A stretch of 64,000 nucleotides of DNA from Blastocatellia bacterium (GTDB taxonomy: Bacteria > Acidobacteriota > Blastocatellia > UBA7656): positions 768,001-832,000 of the forward strand of contig CAVXWP010000001.1 of the NCBI GenBank assembly GCA_963765495.1. The letters run 5' to 3'. The position numbers were made by a program, and so were the translations under genes. The notes under the pieces were generated by a model. It searched no databases. It had not been told where the DNA came from and worked only from the letters and a program-made list of their open reading frames with translations. Position 1 is the first letter of the stretch. Each line of letters begins with the position of its first letter. Of the stretch, positions 31,507-41,722 are shown piece after piece.

Positions 31507-32439
31507 TCAAATCTTAAAACCCTTCCTGAGTTTTAGCCGCCAGTAATCGGGGTCGAACCCGGCCACGCGCGCTCTGAGGGCGAGCCGGCTCAGGTGGCCG
31601 TTGCCTACGTCTATGCGGCGGATGTTGAATACATCGAGCCCGCGCGAATTGGCCCCGCCGTAAGCCGATGCCGCGCAATAATAACCCGCGCGCTTTACTT
31701 CCTTGACGGCCTCGGTTGAAATATCTTCGGGCTTGCCCCAGGGAAACGAGAAGGCGCGAGGTCGAGCGCCAAGCTCGCGCCTGAGCGCCGCAAGCGAATC
31801 GTTGACTTCGGTTTCGATGGTCAGATAATCGGCGCTTCCCAGATTTGCGTGGTTGACCGTATGCGATCCTATCTCGAACCCTTCCGACTCCATCGCGCGG
31901 AGGTCGTCCCACGTGAGCTTTACGTGGCCCAGACTTTCGGCGCGTATGTCGTGCGAAAACTCTCTGTCGGTTCCGATGAAACCTGTAGAGACGAAAAAGG
32001 TCGCGCTCACCCCGGCGCTCTTGAGCGCGGGCACGGCTTCGGTGAAGTTGTCGCGGTAACCGTCGTCGAAAGTTATAGCGACCGCACGCCTGCGGAAGGG
32101 CGCGCGAGCAAGCGAACGACGGCAGAGTTCGACGAGACTCAGGCATTCGTAATTTTCTTTGAGGTAGAGGAGGTCGCCTCGAAATTCATCCGCAGGTTTT
32201 GTGAGCACATCGCGGCTGCCTATACGATGATAGTACAAAACTACTGCGCGTGACCGGCCCATCATGGCAAGTATCAGATCGCGCAATTGGATGTAGCCGC
32301 AATAGAGATAGATAAAAAAGAGGCCCTCTTTGGCAGCCCGGATCATGCGAGACGTAAATGATGCGCGAGAGTTTTCGCCGCGCACGCTTGCCCGGCTCGA
32401 TACCAAAGTAGAGATGGTTTCCTCAGTCAGTCTCATCAT
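31507..32439 (-). CDS. Polysaccharide deacetylase (second copy)
   Basis: VLYYHRI, ITFDDGYRDN, IGSHTVNH and FSFPWG. Confidence 0.9.
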   Translation of the reverse strand: MMRLTEETISTLVSSRASVRGENSRASFTSRMIRAAKEGLFFIYLYCGYIQLRDLILAMMGRSRAVVLYYHRIGSRDVLTKPADEFRGDLLYLKENYECLSLVELCRRSLARAPFRRRAVAITFDDGYRDNFTEAVPALKSAGVSATFFVSTGFIGTDREFSHDIRAESLGHVKLTWDDLRAMESEGFEIGSHTVNHANLGSADYLTIETEVNDSLAALRRELGARPRAFSFPWGKPEDISTEAVKEVKRAGYYCAASAYGGANSRGLDVFNIRRIDVGNGHLSRLALRARVAGFDPDYWRLKLRKGFKI

Positions 32440-32452
32440 TTTTCACTCTCTT

Positions 32453-33742
32453 TTACGCGACTCGAGCGCCCGATAAATCGGCATCCGATAAATCAGCCTC
32501 CGGCAAATCAGCGCCCGGCAGCAACCGGCTATAAATCTCAAGCAGAGCCGCGAGTCGCGCCTCAGGCGCGTGATTGCGCAAAACCCTGTCGTAAGCGTTG
32601 CGAGCCAGCCCTTGCGCAAGTTCACGGTTCTTTAGCAAAAGATCAAGCGCCCCGCCCATCGCGTTTCTGTCACGAGGTTCGACAAGCAGGGCGCTCTCTC
32701 TGTGAGAGACTATTTCGGGCACGCCGCCCGCGAGAGTCGCCGCTATGGGAAGCCTTGCCGCCATCGCTTCGAGCAGTACGTTGGGCGAGCCTTCGGTGTG
32801 CGACGGCAGGGCAAGCGCCGAACTCATTCGATAAAACGGTTTTACATCGCTCACCTGCCCGGCAAAGATAACCTGCCTGCCTAGGCCGAGCGCGGAAGCG
32901 GTCTTTTCCAGTCGCGCGCCCTCAGGCCCGCAACCGACAATGATCAGCTTGATGCGCTCAGACGGGTTGAGTTTGCAAAGCCGGTCGAATGCATAGAGAA
33001 GATCGAGATGTCCCTTCTCGCGTGACAGTCGCCCTACCGCGAGCACTACGCTTTCGCCGCCCGCGACGCCCAGCCGGGTTCTGAGGGCGTTCACTTCCTT
33101 ATCGCTGATATGTGCGTAAGCGCCCGGGTCTATCGCGTTGTGCAGCACGCTTATGCGATTTGAGGGAGCGCCCGCGCGCGCAATGTCAAGCGCAAATGCG
33201 CGGCTTACGGTAAGGATGCGCGCGGCGGCTCTGAGCGACCACCTGTCGAGTTGGTTATAGACGCGCATCTTCAGATCGGTAGCCGTATATCCGTGATGAA
33301 AAGCAAGCCACGGAATCGAGTTGCAAATTCCCGATTGCCTCAACAGAAAATGCGATTTCACATTATGAGTCTGGATGATGTCGGGCGAGCGCCGGTTTAC
33401 AATTTCTCGCAATTGAACGCGCGCGCGCGGGTCGAATCGGAAGCGTTCGCTGATAATGTCAACGGGTATGCCCGCCTGCCGGGCCGCCGCTACAAAGGGG
33501 GCAGGCTGCGAAGCCTGTAAATCCCGGTCGCCGCGAGAGAAGGTTATAAAGGAGGTCTCGATTGAAGAAAAACCGAAGCGTGAGTGTGCAAGCTCCCGCG
33601 TATGCCTGCAAAATTCCACAAGGTTTTTGGCCGGACCCGTGACGGTAGAGGCCTCTATCACGGCGACCAGTTTAACCTTCTGCCCGGTTGTGGTTGTTCC
33701 AAATAGCATCCACTTCCTTAAATTGCCTGTTCCCGATTCCAT
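32453..33742 (-). CDS. Glycosyltransferase family 4
   Basis: VGRLSREKGH and LPSHTEGSPNVLLEAMA. Confidence 0.92.
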   Translation of the reverse strand: MESGTGNLRKWMLFGTTTTGQKVKLVAVIEASTVTGPAKNLVEFCRHTRELAHSRFGFSSIETSFITFSRGDRDLQASQPAPFVAAARQAGIPVDIISERFRFDPRARVQLREIVNRRSPDIIQTHNVKSHFLLRQSGICNSIPWLAFHHGYTATDLKMRVYNQLDRWSLRAAARILTVSRAFALDIARAGAPSNRISVLHNAIDPGAYAHISDKEVNALRTRLGVAGGESVVLAVGRLSREKGHLDLLYAFDRLCKLNPSERIKLIIVGCGPEGARLEKTASALGLGRQVIFAGQVSDVKPFYRMSSALALPSHTEGSPNVLLEAMAARLPIAATLAGGVPEIVSHRESALLVEPRDRNAMGGALDLLLKNRELAQGLARNAYDRVLRNHAPEARLAALLEIYSRLLPGADLPEADLSDADLSGARVA

Positions 33743-33754
33743 CGGGCAGGGTGT

Positions 33755-35170
33755 TCAGACTCGTTCAGGCACAGGCGATAACGCTCGCTGGAAGGGCGCT
33801 TTCTGAGCGTGCCTCGCCTGATTCAATAATCTCGCGTGCAGATTCAGCAAGGACGAACCGAGCGCCGACCAGTCGTAGCGGGCGCTTACAAAAGAGCGCG
33901 CCGCGCGCGCCAGTCTCTGCCGCAACAGATCGTTTTCAGAGACGGCAGAGATTGCGCGGCAGAATTCCTTCGGCGTTTCGGCCATCAGAATATCTTCGCC
34001 GTCGGTTGCTCTTATGCCTTCGGCCCCGAGCCGGGTTGATATTACCGGGACGCCTGCGGCCATTGATTCAAGTATCTTGAGCCGCGACCCGCCGCCTACT
34101 CTCAGGGGAACTACGGCGGCAAGGGCCTCGCGATAGAACGGTCGCACATCTTCGACGGTGCCGGTCACTTCGATGCCCGGCAAACCGGCAAGCGCGCGAA
34201 TGCTTTCGGCGGGCTTGCGGCCTACGATGGTGAATACGAGATCAGGATTTTGCCTTCGCGCTTCGGGCCAGACTTCGCGGGCAAAGTGCGCGCAGGCGTC
34301 TATGTTGGCGTGATAGTCCATAGAGCCTACGAATACGATTCGATTGCGTTTGCCTGCGTACTCTTCTGAGAGATGGCGGCTTGAAATCCACGATCTGTGC
34401 GCCTCTTCGATATTTTTCTCGGAGTGATGATTCACATCCACGCCGTTATCTATGACAAAGACTCGAGCATCGGGCGCAAGCTCGCGCAGGTGCTCGCGGT
34501 CACGTTCGCTCACAACGATGTGAGCATCGAACTCATTGAGCAGTCGTCGCTCCATCGCGGCGATGCTTCGGGCCGTCACTTTCGCGTAGAGGCGATGGAG
34601 CGCGCTCGGCGCGTGCTCGCTATATCGCCTCATCACTTCGGAATCTATATTATGCCAGTCGCAAACCATCACGGGTCGGCTTCGGGCCGAGCGTATGATC
34701 GGCACATAAGATGCCAGATGATGCCCTTCGACCTGAACTATGTCGAAATCCTGTTTATAGAGCAGTCGTTCAAGCTCGCGGGCCATAGCATTTGTGGTGT
34801 AGTTGAGCACGGTGAGAGGCGTTCGGCCCAGAGCGCCGCGAATCATCTTGGACAGCGTGTAGCCGCGCTCGCGCAACACGATGCTTACCTGCTCGCACAC
34901 GTTTTCAAGCGAATCAGCCGGTTCATCCGTATAGCTTTTTGCCGCAGGGTCGGCAACCGGGGCCGCGTAGCCTTCCGAGAAGCATAGATATGACAGGCGG
35001 GCATTGCGGGCCATTTCTCGGGCGAGATAGTAGTTTCTGAGCTTTGCGCCTGTGTTGCGCGGCCAGCACTCATTCGGCGCAAAATAGAGTATGCGGGTTG
35101 TCTCTGTTGCCTGATCCGTTGTGCGAGAGTTTATTGATGAAAACGGGGCTTGTTCGTAAAAATTCTGCAT
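33755..35170 (-). CDS. Glycosyltransferase family 4
   Basis: VFVGSMDYHANID and VPLRVGGGSRLKILESMAAGVPVIST. Confidence 0.92.
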   Translation of the reverse strand: MQNFYEQAPFSSINSRTTDQATETTRILYFAPNECWPRNTGAKLRNYYLAREMARNARLSYLCFSEGYAAPVADPAAKSYTDEPADSLENVCEQVSIVLRERGYTLSKMIRGALGRTPLTVLNYTTNAMARELERLLYKQDFDIVQVEGHHLASYVPIIRSARSRPVMVCDWHNIDSEVMRRYSEHAPSALHRLYAKVTARSIAAMERRLLNEFDAHIVVSERDREHLRELAPDARVFVIDNGVDVNHHSEKNIEEAHRSWISSRHLSEEYAGKRNRIVFVGSMDYHANIDACAHFAREVWPEARRQNPDLVFTIVGRKPAESIRALAGLPGIEVTGTVEDVRPFYREALAAVVPLRVGGGSRLKILESMAAGVPVISTRLGAEGIRATDGEDILMAETPKEFCRAISAVSENDLLRQRLARAARSFVSARYDWSALGSSLLNLHARLLNQARHAQKAPFQRALSPVPERV

Positions 35171-35357
35171 GCTCGATCTGCTCCCAATTACCAGAAACCA
35201 TGTTCAAAGGCATATATCAGGAACCCTCTTTTTGAGAGAGATGTAAAAAGCAGAGCCATTTCCAGAACGAGTGTCTGCCTGATCTGGAATTTCGTGTTTC
35301 AGATCTCGGACATGCAAAAGCAAATATAACGAAGCGCGGGGCAGAAATCCTCAGAAA

Positions 35358-36704
35358 CTATGCGTATTCGATCTCTTCCAGATCGTCGGCCTCCGGCTCG
35401 GTGGAGGCTTTATATCGAACAATCAGCGCGCCGGCCATCCCTGTAAGAAAACAGAAAATGGATGAATATGCCTGCGACAGGAAAAAGCCCGATACAACAA
35501 ATCCTATAAAACTTACCTCGATAGCCGAAGCCAGCCACCACATCTCTTCGGGGGCCAGCCCTTCGCGTGCGCGCCGTCGGATCAATCTCATCTTTCGGAT
35601 CGAAATTATAAGAATGGCTGTGAAGAGCGCGAGTCCGATAGTCCCAAGCTCGGCCGTGATCTGCACAAATATATTGTGCGGCGAGATGTTTATCTCTGAC
35701 TTCGAATAACGGTCATAGGCCGCGTTGAAACAGCCTATGCCGACTCCGGCAATGGGATGAGCCGCCCACATCTTCAGTCCGGTCTGCCATATCATTACGC
35801 GTCCGGTCTTTTCGTGCAGGTTGTAATCATCCTGATAATCGTAGATGGTGCTGATGCGGCTCCAGTATTCGGGCGGAGCGGCGAATGCGAAAAGCATTAC
35901 GCCTACGGCAAGGGTGAGCAGCGTGTATTTGCGCGCCTGTTTCGACCCGCGCATCAGGATGAGCGTGCCCACAACGATCAGCCCCAGAAACCCGCCGCGC
36001 GAGCCTCCCTTTCCCATGCCTATGAGCATCAATCCGATGGCCGAAATTAGCAGGACGCGCACGAGGGGGCGGCTGGATTTGAGCATAAAGAAGGCAAACG
36101 GGATGCTTACGACAAACAGCAGCGCCAGATCATTCGGGTCATAGGCTTTGCCTACGGCGAGGCGCACTTCCTGTTCTTCGATAAAGCTCTCCCCAAACCC
36201 GGCGAGCATTGCAAGCACAAGAAGCGCGCAACCCGAGACGAGCGCGCCCGCGATTATGCGGCTGTCGCGGTTGGAACGCGCTATCTGTATAAGGAGGTAT
36301 GTGAAGATGACATTCTTGACGTAATAGTCGGTGACGAATTGAAAGCTTTGAGCGGGCCACGCGGCGAGCGGAATCGTTATCGCGCCAAGCGCGAGAATCC
36401 CGAGAATGTATTTGAAAAGCGGCGCGGAACGAAGCCTGATTCGCGAGGCGATGCGCTCGCGTGAGGCGAGAAACATTATTATTACCGCAAGCACCGTGAG
36501 CTTTGCCAGCTGAAGCTTTCCAAGCGCGGGGAACAATTCGAGTATCTGCACTACGAAAAAGAGAGTCATCAACGCAGCGCCAATGACGGGCAATGACGGA
36601 CGCGGCTTTGCGGCGACCGGCGGTTGTTGTTCGATGTCGCCGTCTAATTCAATATCGGCAGCCTGGCTGTATGCGCTTGTCATATCCGAATCAATATGAG
36701 GCAA
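35358..36704 (-). CDS. O-antigen ligase / Wzy polymerase family protein
   Basis: Multi-TM protein with DPNDLA, SRGGFLGL, R..IW, P..GVG.G.F and PHNIFVQITAELG. Confidence 0.9.
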   Translation of the reverse strand: MPHIDSDMTSAYSQAADIELDGDIEQQPPVAAKPRPSLPVIGAALMTLFFVVQILELFPALGKLQLAKLTVLAVIIMFLASRERIASRIRLRSAPLFKYILGILALGAITIPLAAWPAQSFQFVTDYYVKNVIFTYLLIQIARSNRDSRIIAGALVSGCALLVLAMLAGFGESFIEEQEVRLAVGKAYDPNDLALLFVVSIPFAFFMLKSSRPLVRVLLISAIGLMLIGMGKGGSRGGFLGLIVVGTLILMRGSKQARKYTLLTLAVGVMLFAFAAPPEYWSRISTIYDYQDDYNLHEKTGRVMIWQTGLKMWAAHPIAGVGIGCFNAAYDRYSKSEINISPHNIFVQITAELGTIGLALFTAILIISIRKMRLIRRRAREGLAPEEMWWLASAIEVSFIGFVVSGFFLSQAYSSIFCFLTGMAGALIVRYKASTEPEADDLEEIEYA

Positions 36705-36736
36705 GAATCAGGAGGTTGGAATACAAATTTCCCGAG

Positions 36737-37906
36737 TCAGCCCTCGACCTTTACCCTTTCATTGACCGTCCACACGTTTCGTTTGCCGAAGATGAAGTAG
36801 AAAAGCCCCAGGAGCGCCGCCGCGTTCATCACCGAAAAGATGTAAGCCATATTCAGAAGCCGAACCCTGCGATTGCGTTTTAGCAAATAGGCTCCGGCCA
36901 CGACGCTTGCGTAAAACCCGATCTGCCCCGCCAGAAAAAGCCGATAAAAAACCTGCTCAAACCCCTGGGCGGCGGAACCGATCATCGCGATGTTTGCGCC
37001 CAGCAGAAGCAGGAAGAAGATGGGCGCAAGCAGCCTCATAAGCTTGTGCGAATAGAACTGAAAGAAGAGGTTGTAATTGGGCATCAACAGCGCGGGCATC
37101 AACTGACAGAGCTGGTAATTGCCCGTGAGCGTTCGGACCTTGCGCGAAAACTCGCGCCCGGCCGAATCGACGGCCCGGTCGTGCGCTCTTGCTTTTTCTT
37201 CTATCACCGTGCGGAATCCTCGGAGTGCGATCTGCATGGGTGTGTACACATCGTCGAGGATGGTCGAAGGGGGAAGAGGTTTCCAAAGCCCCCGGCGAAT
37301 GGCATAGATCGCTCCGACGGCTCCGACAAGCGAGTTGAAACGCGCTTCGCTCTTGCGAATCCACTCTTCGTATTTCCAGTAAAGTCCCACGCCTTCCCCG
37401 ACGGGCGCTCCTGCGCCTCCATCGAGCAGATACGCGCCCGAAACGGCCCCGACCGAAGGGTCGGCGAAGTTGCTCACCATCGCTTTGATCGAGTCGGGTT
37501 CGAACCACTGCCGGGCATCGGCAAAGACTATGATCTCGCCTTCGGCGGCTGCCACGCCCAGATTGAGCGCCCCGGCCTTGCCCTGCCGCTCGGCGTAATC
37601 GCACACGCGCACGCGTTCGGACTCAAAGCGGCGCGCGATTTCTGCCGTGGCGTCATTTGAGCCGTCCGATACGACGATTACCTCAAGAAGCTCCGGGGGA
37701 TAATTTGAAGCAAGCAGGTTTTTGATTCTGGTTTCAATGTTGATCGCTTCGTTGTGGCAGGGAAGGATCACCGACACGCGGGGCGTGATCGGAGCCTTTG
37801 CGACCTTGCGATTACGCAAGCGGGCCAGCAGCCACACCACTACCGGGTAGCCGATATATGTATAGAGCAGGGCTGCGATTGAAATCCAGAATAGGGATCG
37901 TAGCAT
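36737..37906 (-). CDS. Glycosyltransferase family 2 (processive-type, membrane anchored)
   Basis: SVILPCHNE, SDGSND, GKAGALN, FADA, GAIYAIRR, LDD and RKVR; ATG 37906 opens a TM helix. Confidence 0.92.
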   Translation of the reverse strand: MLRSLFWISIAALLYTYIGYPVVVWLLARLRNRKVAKAPITPRVSVILPCHNEAINIETRIKNLLASNYPPELLEVIVVSDGSNDATAEIARRFESERVRVCDYAERQGKAGALNLGVAAAEGEIIVFADARQWFEPDSIKAMVSNFADPSVGAVSGAYLLDGGAGAPVGEGVGLYWKYEEWIRKSEARFNSLVGAVGAIYAIRRGLWKPLPPSTILDDVYTPMQIALRGFRTVIEEKARAHDRAVDSAGREFSRKVRTLTGNYQLCQLMPALLMPNYNLFFQFYSHKLMRLLAPIFFLLLLGANIAMIGSAAQGFEQVFYRLFLAGQIGFYASVVAGAYLLKRNRRVRLLNMAYIFSVMNAAALLGLFYFIFGKRNVWTVNERVKVEG

Positions 37907-38233
37907 GCGAGATTTTCCTGTTGAGTCAGGCCCCCTCATCAAAACAAAATGCTTAAAGCGAATCCATTTCCAGAGCGGAGGCGGGTTCAAAAGTGGTTGA
38001 AGAAATATCTGGAATGTTCTCGCTCAGACCTGATAATATGTTTCGCGAATTAAAGGAAGGGCGGGGCAGCAAAGACCCGTCAATTCCTCATTCAAGTTCC
38101 TGGCTCATTCAGCTCAATTACTGACCGAGATTTATTTCGTCGGGGAAAGGTTTAGCTTATGAAAAAAGCATTAGTTCCCGCCTGCGGTCCATCGGTATGC
38201 CGTAGTTTCAGACGCTTTGTATTGATGAGAGTT

Positions 38234-39247
38234 ATTAGATGATCCGACAAATAAAAAAAGAAGCGTGCTTGGGAGACCCACCCGAAAGTGGGCTCACTTC
38301 ACCCCTTGCACCCTCCTCACTGAAGTATGCGATTGAGATGTACCAGCCCGACCACCGCCGACGCTACCATCGGGAACAACCCCATTGCCAGCCGATACTT
38401 CTCTCTCATAATCTTGAATCCTTTCACTCTTCTTATTCCGTGTTCTACATGTACTCTCACTCGCGCCTTCGCTCGATTCTCCTCTCGCTCATCATCACTT
38501 AGCTCACCTCCTTTCGGCTTCTTGTGCGGTACTTCGATTCCCTCTGTCCCTTGATAGCCCAAATCTCCTTGCTTGCTCGCTTCTCGATATTGCTCCCCCA
38601 CTCGACTCGCTTCATAGACTCGCTTATCCGATGCTGGCCCGCGATGTCCAGCACTAATGCCCAGCACTTCTCCCTTTCGATCACTCTCTACTTAACTCTT
38701 GAGCGTATGGCATTTCTTTTTGCCCGAATATACACGCTTTTGACGCTCATAATTGGAAGGGCGGGGTATTGGCGTCTCGAAGCTAGAGATGAGAATTCGG
38801 TCTATCTCTTCGATTTTGAGGCTCGGCTCCTGACCTCGAAATCTCTTCTGTGCCTCAAAGCGATTGGAGGGAAAGAGTTCTCTGAGCAAGGGGAGAATCT
38901 CGTGAAAGAGATTCTCAGACGTGTCGGCGCTGACACCAAACAAGGCTGCGACAACGCGCGTGAGCGAGGTTGTGACGCAGGTAGATGAGAACGAGCAAGA
39001 CCTCCTGAGAAGGAGTGAGTTTGGGTTTTCTACCGCCGCCGAAAGAGCGTTTGCGATCAGGGCGTTGAAGTTTGGCCTGTTGACGGAGATGAACCAACTG
39101 CGGCACGGTAGTGGACAACAATTGTTGAAGGGCATTTGTGGTCATGCCGGTCAAAGCGCGGAGTCTTGCAGGTTTGAGCTTGTTGATATGTTCGATTGTC
39201 ATGCGAATAGTTTACCAAAACCCATCTTATTTCTCGGATCATCTAAT
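38234..39247 (-). mobile_element. IS5-family-like insertion sequence (DDE_Tnp_4/HTH_Tnp_4 type), about 1 kb
   Basis: Terminal inverted repeats attagatgatccgacaaataa (38234-38254) and ttatttctcggatcatctaat (39227-39247), 20/21 match; likely TA target duplication. Confidence 0.85.
38317..39202 (-). pseudogene. Disrupted transposase
   Basis: Three pieces: RLRALTG...GGGRKPKL...LIYLRHN; YSGKKKCHTLKS then an in-frame TAA; GDLGYQG...PHKKPK...RVHVEHGIRRVK. One frameshift, one nonsense codon, and the expected first catalytic Asp reads Ser (ILISSFE). Confidence 0.85.
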
Positions 39248-39889
39248 GATCAGCGACAGAAGACGAAGCCGGACCCGGCCACCCCGGCTACCAAATTGAT
39301 CGGCAAGAAGACGGGCAAGAAAGTAAAGCCGGGTGACAGATTACGCGTTCGTAACTCTGATGGAAGCGAATCGTCGGAATTTATCTATCCCTGATGATTC
39401 AATCGCACCGACTCTTTAGCCGGTTGCGGCTCTCATAGGCATCAAAAACTTGCAGATAAGTTGAACGAAAGACGATTGGAAATAGACCAGGTATTCGACG
39501 CATGCGGCGGACCAACGCGGATCTTATGCTCTTGAGTAATCCGTGGCCTATCTCCATTTTCCTGTCCTGCGCTTTGGAAAACTGAATAACCCTGTCTCTT
39601 GAAGCGCCTCCGATCCCGTTTTTGAAGATTCTTGACATCGCTTCGCAGGTCTGTTACTACTACTGCCATCGAAGAGTACACTGGCAAACGTATTCTCGAT
39701 TTATTTTGCCTCCGCAAGGTAATGAGTCTGATCGCTTACCGATTTGCCCCAATGTTCGCGCTGTCGCTCTGTGATAACCGACCCGGTTTGTTTATGCCGG
39801 ACAAGTCAAGCGTGACAAAAGATCGCGCATAAGGCTTGAAGTTATGGCGCGAATTTAATGCGGTTCGCGTTATAGGTGGGAGATTATTG

Positions 39890-41185
39890 ATGACCGAGAT
39901 AGATTGGGCTGGGCTGCTCGCCGCCGAAGATGTCGAGATGTTGTGGAACGGGCTGTTTCAGATGATCTCTCGCCATCCGGCTGTGCGACCTCTTCATTTC
40001 GCAACCGATGGGGCCGCCGTCACCTCTCAAAGCGAGATCAATGCCGATCTTACGCAGGAACTCTTTCTGGAACTCTTTCAAAAACAGCGCTTCGAGCATT
40101 ATCTGGACAACGACTACACGAGCGCCGAAATCGAAAACGAGATAGCGCGAATAGAGGTGCCCAATCTGGTTGGGGCGCGATTGCGCAAGCAGTACCCGGA
40201 ATCCTTCCGAATGGCCCGGCGCGTGAGCGCGCTTCTAAAATCAAGCTCCAATTTTCGCCGGTTCGGACCCGGCTCGGAGTCAAGCCTTGAGAAGCCTCTG
40301 CGCCGTCGCGGGCGTCCGCCTAAAAATGCCAAGCCTCCCGCCGGTCCGTCAAATGATGAAAGCCTGAGCTACGGCGAAGAAGAAGACGATTTTGAAGCGA
40401 TAAATGAAGCTCAGGATGAAGAGTGCGTTTGCCGGGATAACGATAAGGTCGCGTCAAACGAGCCGCGCCGCCGCCGTATGGTGAATCAGGTCTTCGGCCT
40501 CCGTGAATGGCCTTCGACAAAACCAATAGGAGACTCGGGCCATTTCGCCGAAAAGATAAAGACTGTGCCGATGCGAAAGCGCGACACGAGGCTTGTGGGA
40601 CGATCAGGCACGACGCAGTTGATACTGTCGAACCCCGAACTTGAACGGTTGATAATCGAGGTACTTCGGGCGATAGAGTCGCCTGCCGATGTCCGCACTA
40701 TTCGCCAGCTTGTGCTGTCAAAGATACCTCTTCAGGATTATAACGTGGCCTCGCTCGATGAAGAGCTTCGCGCCGGTAACAACGGCTCAACCGTTCGCCG
40801 CGAGACGGCAGATACGCGTGAAACCCCCGAATCCGCTATGCTCAGGCGAGAGCGACACGAGGAAGCGTCAAAACTGGCCTGCGATTTTTTGGATTCGCTG
40901 CGTCATTCGGTCAACAACAACGAGCGGCGATTTACCCGATTGCTTTCGACTCTATGGTATTGCTATTACGATCCCAAGAGTCTTTCACAGATAGAGATCG
41001 CTCAATTGCTCGGTGTTTCGGATTCGCTTGTAAGCGACAACCGCCGACTCATCGAATATGAGTTGAAGAAGTTGAGTCTTTCGGTCGAAGAAGGCGCGAT
41101 CTTTTCCGAGTCGCTCCAGCAACTGATTGCCGGGAAGACAAACCGACAGGCTAAAGGCGGCCTCTCGCAAAGGAAATCTCATTAA
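39890..41185 (+). CDS. Divergent sigma-factor-like/HTH regulator with an AT-hook
   Basis: Region-2-like DLTQELFLELF; AT-hook RRRGRPPK followed by an acidic tract; region-4-like SQIEIAQLLGVSDSLVS. Confidence 0.6.
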   Translation: MTEIDWAGLLAAEDVEMLWNGLFQMISRHPAVRPLHFATDGAAVTSQSEINADLTQELFLELFQKQRFEHYLDNDYTSAEIENEIARIEVPNLVGARLRKQYPESFRMARRVSALLKSSSNFRRFGPGSESSLEKPLRRRGRPPKNAKPPAGPSNDESLSYGEEEDDFEAINEAQDEECVCRDNDKVASNEPRRRRMVNQVFGLREWPSTKPIGDSGHFAEKIKTVPMRKRDTRLVGRSGTTQLILSNPELERLIIEVLRAIESPADVRTIRQLVLSKIPLQDYNVASLDEELRAGNNGSTVRRETADTRETPESAMLRRERHEEASKLACDFLDSLRHSVNNNERRFTRLLSTLWYCYYDPKSLSQIEIAQLLGVSDSLVSDNRRLIEYELKKLSLSVEEGAIFSESLQQLIAGKTNRQAKGGLSQRKSH

Positions 41186-41220
41186 CAAGGAAATCTCATT
41201 AACAAGGAAATCTCATTAAC
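41170..41220. repeat. Perfect 17-bp tandem repeat x3
   Basis: aaggaaatctcattaac at 41170, 41187 and 41204; the first unit contains the stop of the 39890 ORF. Confidence 0.95.
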
Positions 41221-41271
41221 TCCGCAGTTGCGCGTGATCCAATCAGGGCTGAGTATTTCGGGGCTCTGGTG

Positions 41272-41622
41272 TCATACCATCTGCTTGTTTGCGCCCGGAT
41301 TCGAGTAGAAGCGCCGCAGCAACTCGTCCACTTCCTTTTTTCCTATGACTTCGAAAATAATACTGGGCGGCAGTTCCAGACCGTCGGCCAGTTTCAGGGC
41401 CGTCTCTACGTTTAGCGTGTTGACGACAGATGAAAGTATTTTTGACAGTAAGCCCTGATCGAACCCTGTCCGGCGGCAGAAATCAACCTGCCTCATGCCT
41501 TTTGCTTTCAACTGCGTGTTGACTAAATCGGCCAGTGGAGAGTGACGGGACTGTCCGTTCGAGGCGCCGTTTGAGTTGGAATGAGTTGCGATGCTCGTGG
41601 CGGAGAAGAGTGGTTTAGACAT
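41272..41622 (-). CDS. XRE/Cro-type HTH transcriptional regulator
   Basis: KGMRQVDFCRRTGFDQGLLSKIL...TALKLADGLEL; AGGAG RBS before ATG 41622. Confidence 0.8.
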   Translation of the reverse strand: MSKPLFSATSIATHSNSNGASNGQSRHSPLADLVNTQLKAKGMRQVDFCRRTGFDQGLLSKILSSVVNTLNVETALKLADGLELPPSIIFEVIGKKEVDELLRRFYSNPGANKQMV

Positions 41623-41722
41623 AGGGGGCTCCTGAATCATATTCAATTTCCATTTCTTTTGCGCGGCTATCGCGCTTTTACTCGATTCTATAATTGCTTT
41701 CCTGTTGACAGGGGCGAGCGGG

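Noticed and set aside
38317-39202. Active transposase expressed by programmed frameshift
   Set aside because: It also has an in-frame TAA and an apparent loss of the first catalytic Asp, and no slippery run is evident at the frameshift.
39399-39832. Short ORFs between the IS and the sigma-like gene
   Set aside because: They overlap one another with no RBS or motif support, so they cannot be called.
41170-41220. CRISPR array
   Set aside because: The repeats are directly adjacent with no spacers, and there are no cas genes. The four dispersed ~36-bp elements are kilobases apart, so they are not an array either.
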